Shown piece after piece: positions 1-9,673 of a stretch of 64,000 nt of DNA. How positions within the stretch are numbered: the first letter of the stretch is position 1; the number at the start of each line of letters is the position of its first letter. The stretch is from Acidobacteriota bacterium (lineage in GTDB: Bacteria; Acidobacteriota; Thermoanaerobaculia; Multivoradales; UBA5704), in NCBI GenBank assembly GCA_040005235.1, contig JBDTZG010000017.1, positions 33,624 to 97,623 on the forward strand, written 5' to 3'. Made by a program: the position numbers and the translations under genes. A model generated the notes under the pieces. That model was not told where the DNA came from. It saw only the letters and a list, made by a program, of their open reading frames with translations, and did no database searches.

Positions 1-25
1 TCCCCACGGCGATTCCGGCCCGCCT

Positions 26-982
26 TTACGCCCGGGGATGAAACCGGTCGTAGAGGCTCTTCAGTCGGTGCTGGTGGATGTGGGTGTAGATCTGGGTGGT
101 CGCGATGTCGGCGTGGCCGAGCATCATCTGGACGGCGCGGAGGTCGGCGCCGTGCTCCAGCAGGTGGGTGGCGAAACTGTGGCGGAGGACGTGGGGTGAG
201 AGGGCGCGCAGGCCGATGCTTCGCCCGTAGGCCCCGAGGTTCTTCCAGAAGCCTTGGCGGGTCATTCCGTCGCCTTGGGAGTTGGTGAAGACGAAGGCGT
301 GGCGTTTTCCCTCGGTGAGCGCTGGCCGTACCTCGGAGAGATAGCGGCCGACCCACATCTCGGCCGCTTCGCCCACCGGCACCACGCGCTCCTTGTCGCC
401 TTTGCCGTAGGCGATCAGGAAACCGACGTCGAGCCGCAGCTGCGGCAGGTTGAGACCGACCAGCTCGGAGACTCTCAACCCTGCGGCGTAGAGCAGCTCG
501 ATCATCGCCCGGTCGCGCAGGCCGAGAGGGGTCGCGACGTCGGGCGCCGCGAGCAGCGCTTCCACCTCCGCCTCGGTGAGCACCTTCGGCAGCGAGCGGA
601 ACCGCTTCGGCTGGACCAGGTGAACGGCCGGGTTGTCGGCGCGCTCGCCGATCTCGATCAGGTGTTGGAAGAAGCTGCGGATCGCGGCGAGCCCCCGGGC
701 GATCGAGCGGGGCGAGAGCCCCTCGCGGCGCAGGTCGCGGATGTGGGCGGACAGCGCGGTCGGATCGACGATCAGCAGATCGCCGCCGCTTTTCGCCAGC
801 GCCCGGGCGGTGCGCAGCAGGTCCCGGCCGTAGCTTTCGACGCTGTTGGCGGCGAGGCCCCGTTCGAGGGCGAGGGATTCGAGATAGCGGCGGAGCGCCC
901 GATGCCAGGGCGTCGCCTTTTCTTTGGCCGCCGCAGCGGCAGCCTCCGGATCGAGCGCGCGCGAAGCCCGTTTCTTGATCAA
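26..982 (-). CDS. xerD: Site-specific tyrosine recombinase XerD
   Basis: RDRAMIELLYAAGLRVSEL, GKGDKERVVP, SPHVLRHSFATHLL and LGHADIATTQIYTH motifs give the R-K-H-R-H-Y catalytic set. N-terminal ERGLAANSVESYGRDL is XerD-like. TTG start is uncertain. Confidence 0.88.
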   Translation of the reverse strand: MIKKRASRALDPEAAAAAAKEKATPWHRALRRYLESLALERGLAANSVESYGRDLLRTARALAKSGGDLLIVDPTALSAHIRDLRREGLSPRSIARGLAAIRSFFQHLIEIGERADNPAVHLVQPKRFRSLPKVLTEAEVEALLAAPDVATPLGLRDRAMIELLYAAGLRVSELVGLNLPQLRLDVGFLIAYGKGDKERVVPVGEAAEMWVGRYLSEVRPALTEGKRHAFVFTNSQGDGMTRQGFWKNLGAYGRSIGLRALSPHVLRHSFATHLLEHGADLRAVQMMLGHADIATTQIYTHIHQHRLKSLYDRFHPRA

Positions 983-1037
983 AGGAGGAGCCCGCCCTCG
1001 GCGGCCGGACGGTAGGGGCGACGCATGCGTCGCCCGG

Positions 1038-2321
1038 CTACGCCGGCGCGCCCGACGAGGCGGGGGTGCCCGGGGTCACCCCGCGGGCCTGGCAGATGGC
1101 GCCGATCTCCCCCTCTTCGAGCACCCGGCCGGAAGCTTTCGCTCGCTCGAAGATCTCGTCGACCAGACCCGGCTCGGCGGTGTATCCGCGCTCTTCGAGC
1201 CAGAAGATGACGTTCGATTTGCCGCTCATGTTGCCCACTTCGATCACCTGGTGGCGGCCGATCAAGCTCGCGGGAATCGAGGAGTAGACCCGGTCGGCGA
1301 GCCACTCCTCGCCGCGCGCGCGGGCTTTGAGGATCGCCGCGGCGTGGACTCCGGTCGCGGTGCGGAACGCGTCGCGGCCGATCACCGGATAGTTGTCCGG
1401 ACAGGGGACGCCGGTGGTCTCGGCGACCAGGCGGCAGTAATCGACCAGCCGCGTGAGATCGCGATCGATCCAGCCGAGCAACTGCATATTGACCAGCAGC
1501 AGATCGATCGGGCAGTTGCCCACCCGCTCGCCAATGCCGAGCGCCGTGCCGTGCAGGCGGTCCGCGCCGGCCGACGCGGCGGCGAGCGCGTTGATCACCC
1601 CGAGATCGCGATCGCGGTGGCCGTGCCAATCGACCTTCACCTCTACCCCCGTCGCGTCGACCACGCCGCGGACGAAACGGATCACTGCCGCCGCTCCCGC
1701 CGGGGTGGCATGCCCTACCGTGTCCGAGACGCAGACCCGGCGCGCCCCGGCCTCGACCGCCGCGGTATAGAGGCGGCGGAGGTCTTCGGGCTGCGCTCGC
1801 GTGGTGTCCTCGGTGACGTACATGACCGGCAAGCCGTGTTTGACGCCGAACTCGACCGCGCTGGTCGTCCAGTGGAGCATCTGGTCGAGGGTCCAACCTT
1901 CGGTGTAAATGCGCACCGGCGACGAGCCGAGGAAACAGGCGACCTCGATCGGCAGCCCCACCCGCTCGGAGATGTCGACGATCGGCCGGATGTCCACTTC
2001 GAGCGTGCGCGCGGCGCAATTCGGCGCGACGCCAAGCCGCTGGTCGACGATCTCCCGCGCCAGCCGCTCGACGTCGCGCACCACGTGCGGCCCCGCGCCG
2101 GGCAGGCCGAGGTCGGCCGACTCGATGCCGAGGTCGGCGATCAGATGGAGGATCTCAAGCTTCTTCTCAATCGGCGGCGTCTTCACCGAAGGAGATTGCA
2201 GGCCGTCGCGCAACGTCTCGTCGTCGAGCTCGACCTTGCCGCGCAGGGGCTTGAGCTCCTGGCCGCTCTCCTTGTTCCAGTCGTAGATCAGCTCGCGGTC
2301 GTTCGTCGGGCTCGGCGGCAT
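1038..2321 (-). CDS. LeuA/homocitrate synthase family DRE-TIM enzyme lacking the C-terminal allosteric domain
   Basis: DETLRDGLQS, SDTVG, WHGHRDRDLG and GIGERVGN motifs. About 427 aa from ATG 2321. Confidence 0.85.
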   Translation of the reverse strand: MPPSPTNDRELIYDWNKESGQELKPLRGKVELDDETLRDGLQSPSVKTPPIEKKLEILHLIADLGIESADLGLPGAGPHVVRDVERLAREIVDQRLGVAPNCAARTLEVDIRPIVDISERVGLPIEVACFLGSSPVRIYTEGWTLDQMLHWTTSAVEFGVKHGLPVMYVTEDTTRAQPEDLRRLYTAAVEAGARRVCVSDTVGHATPAGAAAVIRFVRGVVDATGVEVKVDWHGHRDRDLGVINALAAASAGADRLHGTALGIGERVGNCPIDLLLVNMQLLGWIDRDLTRLVDYCRLVAETTGVPCPDNYPVIGRDAFRTATGVHAAAILKARARGEEWLADRVYSSIPASLIGRHQVIEVGNMSGKSNVIFWLEERGYTAEPGLVDEIFERAKASGRVLEEGEIGAICQARGVTPGTPASSGAPA

Positions 2322-2358
2322 CTGAGACTCTCCGGGGAATTGGATCGGGAACCGCGGG

Positions 2359-3465
2359 TCAGGCTTCCATCGGGGCAAGAGCGGTGCGCTCGACGCGCTT
2401 GGCGATCTCGCTGCCCACCTGGGAGGTGGTCAGCGTGCCGCCGACGTCGACGGTCGTCGAACCTTCGCGGATCGCCGCGAGGACCGCCTCGTCGAGCGCT
2501 TGGGCGGCCTGGGGGTGGCCGAGGGTTTCGAGCATCAGCGCGGCGGAGAGGATCGCGCCGATGGGATTGGCCTGGCCGGTGCCGGCATACTTCGGAGCCG
2601 AGCCGTGGACCGGCTCGAACATCGAGGTCCGGCCGGGGTGGAGGTTCGCCGAAGCGGCCATCCCCAGCCCCCCTTGGAGGGCGGCGCCGAGGTCGGTCAC
2701 GATGTCGCCGAACATGTTGTTGGTGACGATCACCTCGAAGCTCTCCGGCCGCTTCACCATCATCATGGTGAGGGCGTCGACGTAGAGATGGCTGGGCTCG
2801 ACACTCGGATAGTCGGGGGCGACCTCGGCGAATGCGCGCTGCCAGAGGTCGTGGCCGAAGCGCATGACGTTCGCCTTGTCGCTCATGCACACCTTCGTCT
2901 TGCCCTGTGCGACCGCGTACTCGAACGCCGCGCGCAGGATGCGCTCGACCCCCTTGCGGGTATGGATCTCGTCCTGGATCGCCACCTCGTCCGGGGTCCC
3001 CTTCTTGAAATTACCGCCGACGCCCACGTAGGCACCTTCGGTATTTTCGCGGAAGACGACGAAGTCGACGTCCTTCTCGGTCTTGCCCTTGAGCGGGCAA
3101 AGTCGCGGGTCATAGAGCTTGACCGGCCGGAAATTGATGTAGAGATCGAGACCGAAGCGGGTGCCGAGCAGAATGTCCGCGGCATGCTTCATGTCCGGCA
3201 CCCGGGGGTCGCCGAACGCGCCGATATAGATCGCCGCGTAGTGGTCCCGCCACTCGTCGAGCGTGCCGGGCGGCAGGCTCACGCCGGTCTCCAGGTAGTA
3301 ATCGGCGCTGTACGGAAGGTGGACGAGCTCGAGGGGCAGGCTCCAGCCCGCGGCGGCGGCTTCCAAGACTTTGACCGCCTCGGCGGTCACGTCGACGCCG
3401 ATGCCGTCGCCGGGCAGGACCGCGATCTTCTGCGGTCGACGGGATTTCGGATCTAGGGGCTCCAT
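2359..3465 (-). CDS. leuB: 3-isopropylmalate/tartrate dehydrogenase family beta-decarboxylating dehydrogenase
   Basis: PGDGIG, FRENTEG, DKANV, NMFGDIVTD and FEPVHGSAPK motifs. Confidence 0.8.
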   Translation of the reverse strand: MEPLDPKSRRPQKIAVLPGDGIGVDVTAEAVKVLEAAAAGWSLPLELVHLPYSADYYLETGVSLPPGTLDEWRDHYAAIYIGAFGDPRVPDMKHAADILLGTRFGLDLYINFRPVKLYDPRLCPLKGKTEKDVDFVVFRENTEGAYVGVGGNFKKGTPDEVAIQDEIHTRKGVERILRAAFEYAVAQGKTKVCMSDKANVMRFGHDLWQRAFAEVAPDYPSVEPSHLYVDALTMMMVKRPESFEVIVTNNMFGDIVTDLGAALQGGLGMAASANLHPGRTSMFEPVHGSAPKYAGTGQANPIGAILSAALMLETLGHPQAAQALDEAVLAAIREGSTTVDVGGTLTTSQVGSEIAKRVERTALAPMEA

Positions 3466-3511
3466 GACCCGAAATGCTACCACTCGAAGCGGACTCCGAT
3501 AAACGGAACCC

Positions 3512-6211
3512 TCAGCTCGGTCGGACCTCGAACACGTCGACCAGCCGCGGCTTGAGACGCCGACCGTCCTCCTCCACCTCGTCGACCGCGATGACGTAGC
3601 CGGTGAGCCCTTCGGCCGTCAGGCGGAAGCGGATGAACTGCTTGAACTGCTCGATCCGCGCCCCGCCGCCCGCCTCGTTGTTGTGGCCGTCGAAGCAGAT
3701 CGAGACCGCGAGATACCAGCCGAAGAACGTGCACGTGAGGATGAGTCCCAGGGCGAGAGCCACGCAATAGGACGCCCCGGTGGCGGTCTGCGGCGAGGCA
3801 TACGCGAAAGTGAGCGCGACCAGCCCCACGGTCCAGGCGATCCAGGCCAAAAGCAGGATCGCCCCCAGCCGGCCTCGATCCGCGGCATTCCAGACACCGA
3901 GCAGACGCGGCGCAAGCCGCCCCAGCGCCCAGCTGACCAGCGCGGTCGCCACCCCGGCGGCAAGCGCCACATTCCACGGCAGTGCCACGACCAAGAGGAG
4001 CGGCAACGTGAGTTGCAAAAGGGCGTGCCAGAAGCCGAGCAGGGCGAAGCCGGCTCTTCCCCAGAAACCGTAGAGCCCGCCGCCCACTTTCGCGGCGAAA
4101 ATCGGCAATCCGACGAGAATACCGAAGAGAACGACCCAGAACGCCATGTCGATCGAGACCACCGCGAGCGAGTCGACGCCGTAGCGGGTGATCCCCAGCA
4201 GTGCCGCCAGAAGCGTAAACGCCCAGAGCAGCCAGCCGTGGACCTGGTCGGAGATCGTCAAGCGCCCCTTGGCGCGGGCCGCGCGATTCATCGCCTCGTC
4301 GTATTGGCGGCTCCAGAGGAGTCCCCCGAAGCTCAGGAGAAGCATCGCCAGCACCACGAGGGTCGAAGCCAGCGGATACAGCTGGCCGTATTGCGTATCG
4401 CCATGCGGGTGCCCGAAGACCCACAACATCGACACCAGGCTGGCGGCCACCAGCAAAGTGATCGGCGAGTGGTACGACGAATTCGGAATCTGTTCCCCGG
4501 CCTTGGCTCGCTTCGCCAGGTTGACGTTGCGCCAAATACCCCAGCCCACCAGCAGCAGCAGGATGGGGATGTAGTTCAATTCCCGATTCCACCGATGCCC
4601 CGGGCCGGTTGCCTTCAAGATCGGAATTTCCGGCGACGCGCAGGCATCCTCCCGCCCGAACGCACTGGGAGCGCCCGAAAGGTTCTCGACCCCCGGCACG
4701 CCTGCCGCGGCCTGGTCTTTCTCGGAAATACCCGGCATGACACAACGCTTCACTTCAAGCGCCGTGTGGAGAGCGGCCAGGGCTTTTTGCGACACCTCGC
4801 CGCCCCAGCCCACCACGGTTCGAAACAGGCTCTGATCCGCCGCTTTGACCTTTTCTTCCGGGGTTCCGGTGTCTGGAGAAATCTTCTCTAGAGCCGGCAA
4901 TACCAGGCCGGTCCGGTCGAACAGCGGCGTCATCGCATGACGGAGGCTCGCCGACGTGGCGGCTCCCAGGAATAGAAACCCGGCGATCAAAAGCCCGATC
5001 AGCCAGACTCTCCCCCCCAGAACGATCGACCAGGGGTTGAGCACCTGCCGGAGGACTTTGGCCAGCGCCGTCCGCGGCTCGGGATAGCGGATCGCGGCGG
5101 GGACTTCCCCTCTGTCCGTGCAAGAGGGATGAAGAAACGCGCCGCCGAGCCCGGAAACCACCGAGGCGTAGTGGGCCGGCTGTGCGGCGCCCGGTTCCGC
5201 CCCCCAGTAACGGGCGTAATGGTGGACGTCTCCCGACAGATCCAGACGGCAGCCGCCCGCCGGAAGGGCCTCGGGAGGATTCTCGTCGAGAAACGGGCAC
5301 GGCAGCCCGATCGCGCGGAAGGTACTTACGATCGCCGATTCCGGGTCGGCCCGCCGGCCGAACTTCGTGATCGGCTCGGGGGTCGCGACGATCAGGCGGT
5401 CCGTCGGTTTTTCAGGGTCCTTGAGCATCGACTGAAAGTAATGCCGCTGGCGGCGATCCATGGCGCCGCCTTCGGCGTCCATCCCCCACATCCGCCACTT
5501 AAACGGCAGCTCGATCGAAACGAAGCTCGCCCACTGCTTGCGCTCGAACCCGCCCAGCACCAGCTGCGGCTGGTCCCCCTTCTTGTTCGGATTGAATTTA
5601 TGGTCTTCGCCGAACGGCCGGCGAAACTGGCGGTTGAAACCGTCCAGAAAGTCGTAGTAGTCGTGGTTGCCGGGAATCCCGAAGATCGGCCGGCGTTCCT
5701 TCCGGTCCACTTTGCCCAGGTCGGACAGATGCTGGAACGCCAGCTCGAACGGATACTGGAAACGCTCGGAGAGCGTCTCGTAGTCGGCCACGTGGTAGGC
5801 CGTGTCCCCGCCTACGAAGAGGAAGGCGCCGCGCGGCAGCCGCTCGACGGCCTCGGCGTTCGGCTCAAACGCAACCTTGTGTTCCGGCGCGGCGCCGGCC
5901 GGCACGAACAGATCTGAATAGGCGAGGTAAGCGATGCTGTAGGTCGCGCGCATCCCATCGCCCGAGTCGGACAAGTAATCGAACCAGAGCTCGTCGCCGG
6001 TAAAGTCGCGGGTGCAATCGAACTCCTTGCCCACCATCCAGATCCGCGGATCCATGCGGGTACCGAACGCGCTGAAAATCAGGATCTCGCGGAGGCTGGT
6101 GACCAGCTGGCGATCGAGCAGCCAGCCGACCGGCGGGCGCATCGGGTGCTCGCCGACGCCGAAATATTCCTTCAGACTCTGCCACAAGCCCTTAGCTTTC
6201 TTCTTTGCCAT
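3512..6211 (-). CDS. Calcineurin-like metallophosphoesterase with a multi-pass membrane C-terminal half
   Basis: DYLSDSGDG, GGDTAY, IPGNHDYYD and SGDVHHY motifs, followed by many hydrophobic helices. Start at MAKKK (ATG 6211). Confidence 0.75.
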   Translation of the reverse strand: MAKKKAKGLWQSLKEYFGVGEHPMRPPVGWLLDRQLVTSLREILIFSAFGTRMDPRIWMVGKEFDCTRDFTGDELWFDYLSDSGDGMRATYSIAYLAYSDLFVPAGAAPEHKVAFEPNAEAVERLPRGAFLFVGGDTAYHVADYETLSERFQYPFELAFQHLSDLGKVDRKERRPIFGIPGNHDYYDFLDGFNRQFRRPFGEDHKFNPNKKGDQPQLVLGGFERKQWASFVSIELPFKWRMWGMDAEGGAMDRRQRHYFQSMLKDPEKPTDRLIVATPEPITKFGRRADPESAIVSTFRAIGLPCPFLDENPPEALPAGGCRLDLSGDVHHYARYWGAEPGAAQPAHYASVVSGLGGAFLHPSCTDRGEVPAAIRYPEPRTALAKVLRQVLNPWSIVLGGRVWLIGLLIAGFLFLGAATSASLRHAMTPLFDRTGLVLPALEKISPDTGTPEEKVKAADQSLFRTVVGWGGEVSQKALAALHTALEVKRCVMPGISEKDQAAAGVPGVENLSGAPSAFGREDACASPEIPILKATGPGHRWNRELNYIPILLLLVGWGIWRNVNLAKRAKAGEQIPNSSYHSPITLLVAASLVSMLWVFGHPHGDTQYGQLYPLASTLVVLAMLLLSFGGLLWSRQYDEAMNRAARAKGRLTISDQVHGWLLWAFTLLAALLGITRYGVDSLAVVSIDMAFWVVLFGILVGLPIFAAKVGGGLYGFWGRAGFALLGFWHALLQLTLPLLLVVALPWNVALAAGVATALVSWALGRLAPRLLGVWNAADRGRLGAILLLAWIAWTVGLVALTFAYASPQTATGASYCVALALGLILTCTFFGWYLAVSICFDGHNNEAGGGARIEQFKQFIRFRLTAEGLTGYVIAVDEVEEDGRRLKPRLVDVFEVRPS

Positions 6212-6357
6212 GAGGCAGCCTCCTCGCTTAGGGACGGCCTCACCGCCCTGCCCTCCAAGAGCCGATCTTCTCGTTGTTGCGCTTGCATCGAATGTTACAC
6301 CCAACTCCGCACCGCTTGCTCCGCCGGGCACATCGTGGGATAAATCGACGCTAGGCA

Positions 6358-7197
6358 ATGATTACCGCAGTCATCAGCAGGAAAGGCGGGGTCGGCAAGA
6401 CCACGACGTCGGTCAATCTGGCGGCGGCGCTCGCCCTGTCCGGCCGGCGGGTCCTGCTGGTCGATCTCGACAGCCAGGCCTCGGCGTCGCTCTCGCTCGG
6501 GGTGCCGCGGGAGGAGCTGGCCCCCTCCTCCGCCGACGTGCTGCTCGGCGGGTTCCTGGCGAGCGAGGCGATCCGGCCGACGAAGGTCCCCGGTCTCGAC
6601 CTGATCACCGCCTCGGTCGACCTGATCCACGCCGACCTGGAGCTGGGCCGCTACCGCTCGCGCGAGAGCCGGCTCAAAGGGGCGCTCGCGTCGGTAGCAC
6701 CCCGCTACGACCTGATCTTCCTCGATTGCCCGTCGTCGCTCTCGCTCGTGCCGATCAACGCGATCGTCGCCGCCGATGCGTTCGTGGTCCCCACGATGCC
6801 GCACTTCCTCTCGCTCACCGGGGTCACCAACCTGATCGCCGCCGCCCACCGGGCAAGCAACGAAGCCGGCGGCCGGATCGTGCTTCTGGGGGTCCTCTTG
6901 ACGATGGTCGATTACCGGATCAAATCGACCCGCACCCACGTCGAATCCCTCCGCGGCGAGCTGGGCTCGAAGGTGTTCGCGATTGAGATCCGAGTCAACA
7001 ACCGCCTCGCCGAAGCGCCCGAGCACGGCCAATCGATCTTCCAATTCGATTCCAAAGCCAAAGGCGCCGCCGCCTACCGCCTGCTCGCTCAGGAGTTCGT
7101 CCTCCGCGCCACCGACGCGGGCCGAAGGATCGCCGCCGAGATTCCCCGCCCGTCGGTCGAAGAGCCGGCGACGGAGGCGGTGACGCCGGGACGGTAA
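6358..7197 (+). CDS. ParA/Soj family ATPase (orphan, no parB)
   Basis: Deviant Walker A KGGVGKTT, LVDLDSQ, FLDCPSS and LAEAP motifs. Confidence 0.9.
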   Translation: MITAVISRKGGVGKTTTSVNLAAALALSGRRVLLVDLDSQASASLSLGVPREELAPSSADVLLGGFLASEAIRPTKVPGLDLITASVDLIHADLELGRYRSRESRLKGALASVAPRYDLIFLDCPSSLSLVPINAIVAADAFVVPTMPHFLSLTGVTNLIAAAHRASNEAGGRIVLLGVLLTMVDYRIKSTRTHVESLRGELGSKVFAIEIRVNNRLAEAPEHGQSIFQFDSKAKGAAAYRLLAQEFVLRATDAGRRIAAEIPRPSVEEPATEAVTPGR

Positions 7198-7261
7198 GCG
7201 AGATCGGTCGATCGGAATTTCTCCCTCGTGGGAGCCTACTCTCCCGTTACAATCCTCGCCC

Positions 7262-8029
7262 ATGACCTTCAAAGATCATTTCTCCGGCCATGCCGGCGCG
7301 TATGCGGCGCATCGTCCGGATCGGTATCCGGAGGAGCTGTTCGACTTCCTGGCCGGGCAGGCTCCGGGTTGCGGAGTCGCTTGGGACTGCGCGACCGGCA
7401 ACGGCCAGGCCGCCATTCCGCTCGCCGAGCGGTTCGCCGTGGTGATCGCCACCGACGCCTCGGCCGAACAGGTCGCTCACTTCCGGCCTCATTCGCGGGT
7501 CGAGGTCCGCCAGACCCCCGCCGAGGCGAGCGGCTTGGCCGGCGGTTCGGTCGACCTGGTGACCGTCGCCCAGGCGATCCACTGGTTCGACTTCGAGCGC
7601 TTCTACGCCGAGGTCCGCCGGGTTCTCCGCCCGGACGGCGTGATCGCGGCGTGGAGCTACAACCTCCTGCGCTCCGATCCGGCGATCGATCGGGTGCTCG
7701 ACTACCTGGCCGAGGAGCGGGTTTTCTCCTTCTGGCCCCACGAACGGCACTGGGTGAGCGAGGAATATCGGACTCTGCCTTTTCCCTTTCCCGAGGTTGC
7801 GGCCCCGCCGTTCACCATGACCGTCGAGTGGACGCTCGACCAGTTGCTCGCCTACGTCTCCACCTGGTCGTCGATCGTCCGCTGCCGGCGCGAAACCGGC
7901 CTCGACGCCCTGGCCGAAGTCGAACCCGACCTCGAAGCCGCCTGGGGCGGAGCTTCCGAGCGCGGTCAGGTGCGGACTTTGAGCTGGCCGCTCCATTTGC
8001 GGTTGGGACGGGTGGAAGCGCGGTCTTGA
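7262..8029 (+). CDS. Class I SAM-dependent methyltransferase
   Basis: WDCATGNGQAA motif I and VAQAIHWFD. Confidence 0.9.
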   Translation: MTFKDHFSGHAGAYAAHRPDRYPEELFDFLAGQAPGCGVAWDCATGNGQAAIPLAERFAVVIATDASAEQVAHFRPHSRVEVRQTPAEASGLAGGSVDLVTVAQAIHWFDFERFYAEVRRVLRPDGVIAAWSYNLLRSDPAIDRVLDYLAEERVFSFWPHERHWVSEEYRTLPFPFPEVAAPPFTMTVEWTLDQLLAYVSTWSSIVRCRRETGLDALAEVEPDLEAAWGGASERGQVRTLSWPLHLRLGRVEARS

Positions 8030-8069
8030 GGAACTAAACCGTCAAAGTTGCCTCATCGTCCGATCTGAT

Positions 8070-8765
8070 ATGTTGTTGAGCAACCAAAGTTCGCAAATGG
8101 ATCGGGACGCCAATCTAGAAGCCGATGGCAGGCCGGAGTGGGAACTTGCCCTCCTCGGTGACGAGGGTGCGCTCGCCCGTCTGGTCCGTCGCCTCACGCC
8201 GGTGGTCCAGGCTCGCGTGGCCCGGAAGCTGTTGCTGTCCCGTGATCGCTCGGGTGGATCGCGCGACGTGCGCCAGGAGGTGGACGACCTCACCCAAGAG
8301 ATCTTCCTGATCCTGTTCGCCGACGACGGCAAGGTGCTGCGCGGTTGGGACCCCGGGCGCGGCTTGTCTCTTGCGAACTTCGTCGGTTTGGTCGCAGAGC
8401 GGCAGACGGTGTCGATCTTGAGGAGCGGCAGGCGCTCGCCCTGGCGCGACGATCCGACGTTGTCGGACGAGCTGGAACGGATCGCCTCGCCGGTCGAGAC
8501 CGAGACCGCCGCCGCCTCGCGCGAGGTACTCGGCCGGCTGTTCGACCGTTTGACCGAAGAGCTTTCTCCCCTCGGCCGCCGCCTGTTCGACCTCCTGCTG
8601 GTGCAAGAGACCCCCGTCGCGGAGGCGGTTCTCGCGACCGGACTTTCAGCCGACGCGGTCTACGCTTGGCGAAGCCGGCTGCGGCGTCTGGCGCGAAACC
8701 TATTGGCAGAATTGTCAGAACCGCCCCGGGAAGCGCGAACACCTGCTCGGGAGAGGACCCGATGA
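8070..8765 (+). CDS. ECF-type sigma-70 factor
   Basis: Region 2 (GDEGALARLV...VDDLTQEIFLILF...WDP) and region 4 HTH (VAEAVLATGLSADAVYAWRSRLRR). Start may be ATG 8097. Confidence 0.82.
   Translation: MLLSNQSSQMDRDANLEADGRPEWELALLGDEGALARLVRRLTPVVQARVARKLLLSRDRSGGSRDVRQEVDDLTQEIFLILFADDGKVLRGWDPGRGLSLANFVGLVAERQTVSILRSGRRSPWRDDPTLSDELERIASPVETETAAASREVLGRLFDRLTEELSPLGRRLFDLLLVQETPVAEAVLATGLSADAVYAWRSRLRRLARNLLAELSEPPREARTPARERTR
8714..8743 (+). promoter_or_regulatory. Putative ECF promoter, copy 1 (GTCAGAACCG-N12-CGAACACC), upstream of the anti-sigma gene
   Basis: Same bipartite motif and spacing at 12434 and 25722. Confidence 0.65.
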
Positions 8766-9673
8766 CAAGACCGATCGAGCCCGGAGCCGGAGCATCCGCT
8801 GGAGCCCCTATGCCCGGGGAGGACGACTCGCTCCTGCGCGAGCTGGGCGCTTGGGCACGCGACCGCGCCGCCGTGGAGCGCGAGCAGCTGGACGACCGCT
8901 GGGATCGCCTCGCGGCCGGCGCGCTCACCCCCGAGGAGGAGGCGGAGCTGCGCGCGGAGGCCGAGGGTTCGGCCGAAGGGGCCGCAGCGCTCGCTGCGTT
9001 TCAGCCCTTGGGACCGGAGACTGAGGCGCGGATCGTCGCCCAGATCCGGGCGCAACGGGCGGCGGAGCGGCCCGCCAAGCCGGCGATCGCCGCCGCTCGG
9101 CCGGTCGTCGCCGCGCCGTCCCCCAACGACCGGCCGAACAACGTCCTCCCCTTCCGTCGCCGCGCCGCCGTCTGGGGCGCCAGCCTGGGGCTCGCCGCGG
9201 CGGCGGTCCTGGTCGCGGTGCTGAGCCTTCCGGGACGCTCGGCGCCGCTTCCCGCGTATGTGGCGGAGCTCAAGGTCGGCGATCAAAACGACCGTAGCGG
9301 GACATCCGGCACCCAGCCGACCGGCGTCCCGACGTTTTCTCCCGGCGCGCGTTTCGAGCTGGTCCTGCGCCCGGCCGAGACCGTGAAGGGCGACGTGGCG
9401 GTGACCTGTCTATTGGTCGCGACCGGCGGCGGCCCGCCCCGGCCGTTCCCCGCTTGCGACGACGCCGAGCACTCGAACGACGGCAGCCTGCGCGTCACCG
9501 GGACGGTCGGAAGCCAGATCGAAGGCCCGCCCGGCGATTGGACGCTTTGGGCGATCCTCGGTCGGCCGGGAGATCTGCCGAAAGATCCGCCGGTCACGAG
9601 CGTCGCGGAGCCGATCGCCGAAAAAGGCTGGATCGGGATCCCGCGACGAATCCGCTTCGCGGCGGCGGCGTGA
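8762..9673 (+). CDS. Putative membrane-anchored anti-sigma factor
   Basis: ATGA overlap with the sigma stop and SD GAGAGGA. N-terminal helical domain (WDRLAAGALTPEEEAELRA), one TM helix (AVWGASLGLAAAAVLVAVLSL) and a beta-rich C-terminal domain. Confidence 0.65.
   Translation: MTRPIEPGAGASAGAPMPGEDDSLLRELGAWARDRAAVEREQLDDRWDRLAAGALTPEEEAELRAEAEGSAEGAAALAAFQPLGPETEARIVAQIRAQRAAERPAKPAIAAARPVVAAPSPNDRPNNVLPFRRRAAVWGASLGLAAAAVLVAVLSLPGRSAPLPAYVAELKVGDQNDRSGTSGTQPTGVPTFSPGARFELVLRPAETVKGDVAVTCLLVATGGGPPRPFPACDDAEHSNDGSLRVTGTVGSQIEGPPGDWTLWAILGRPGDLPKDPPVTSVAEPIAEKGWIGIPRRIRFAAAA

Noticed and set aside
26-982. Tyrosine recombinase as a prophage or island integrase
   Set aside because: The sequence is XerD-like and sits among housekeeping genes, with no att sites or phage genes seen.
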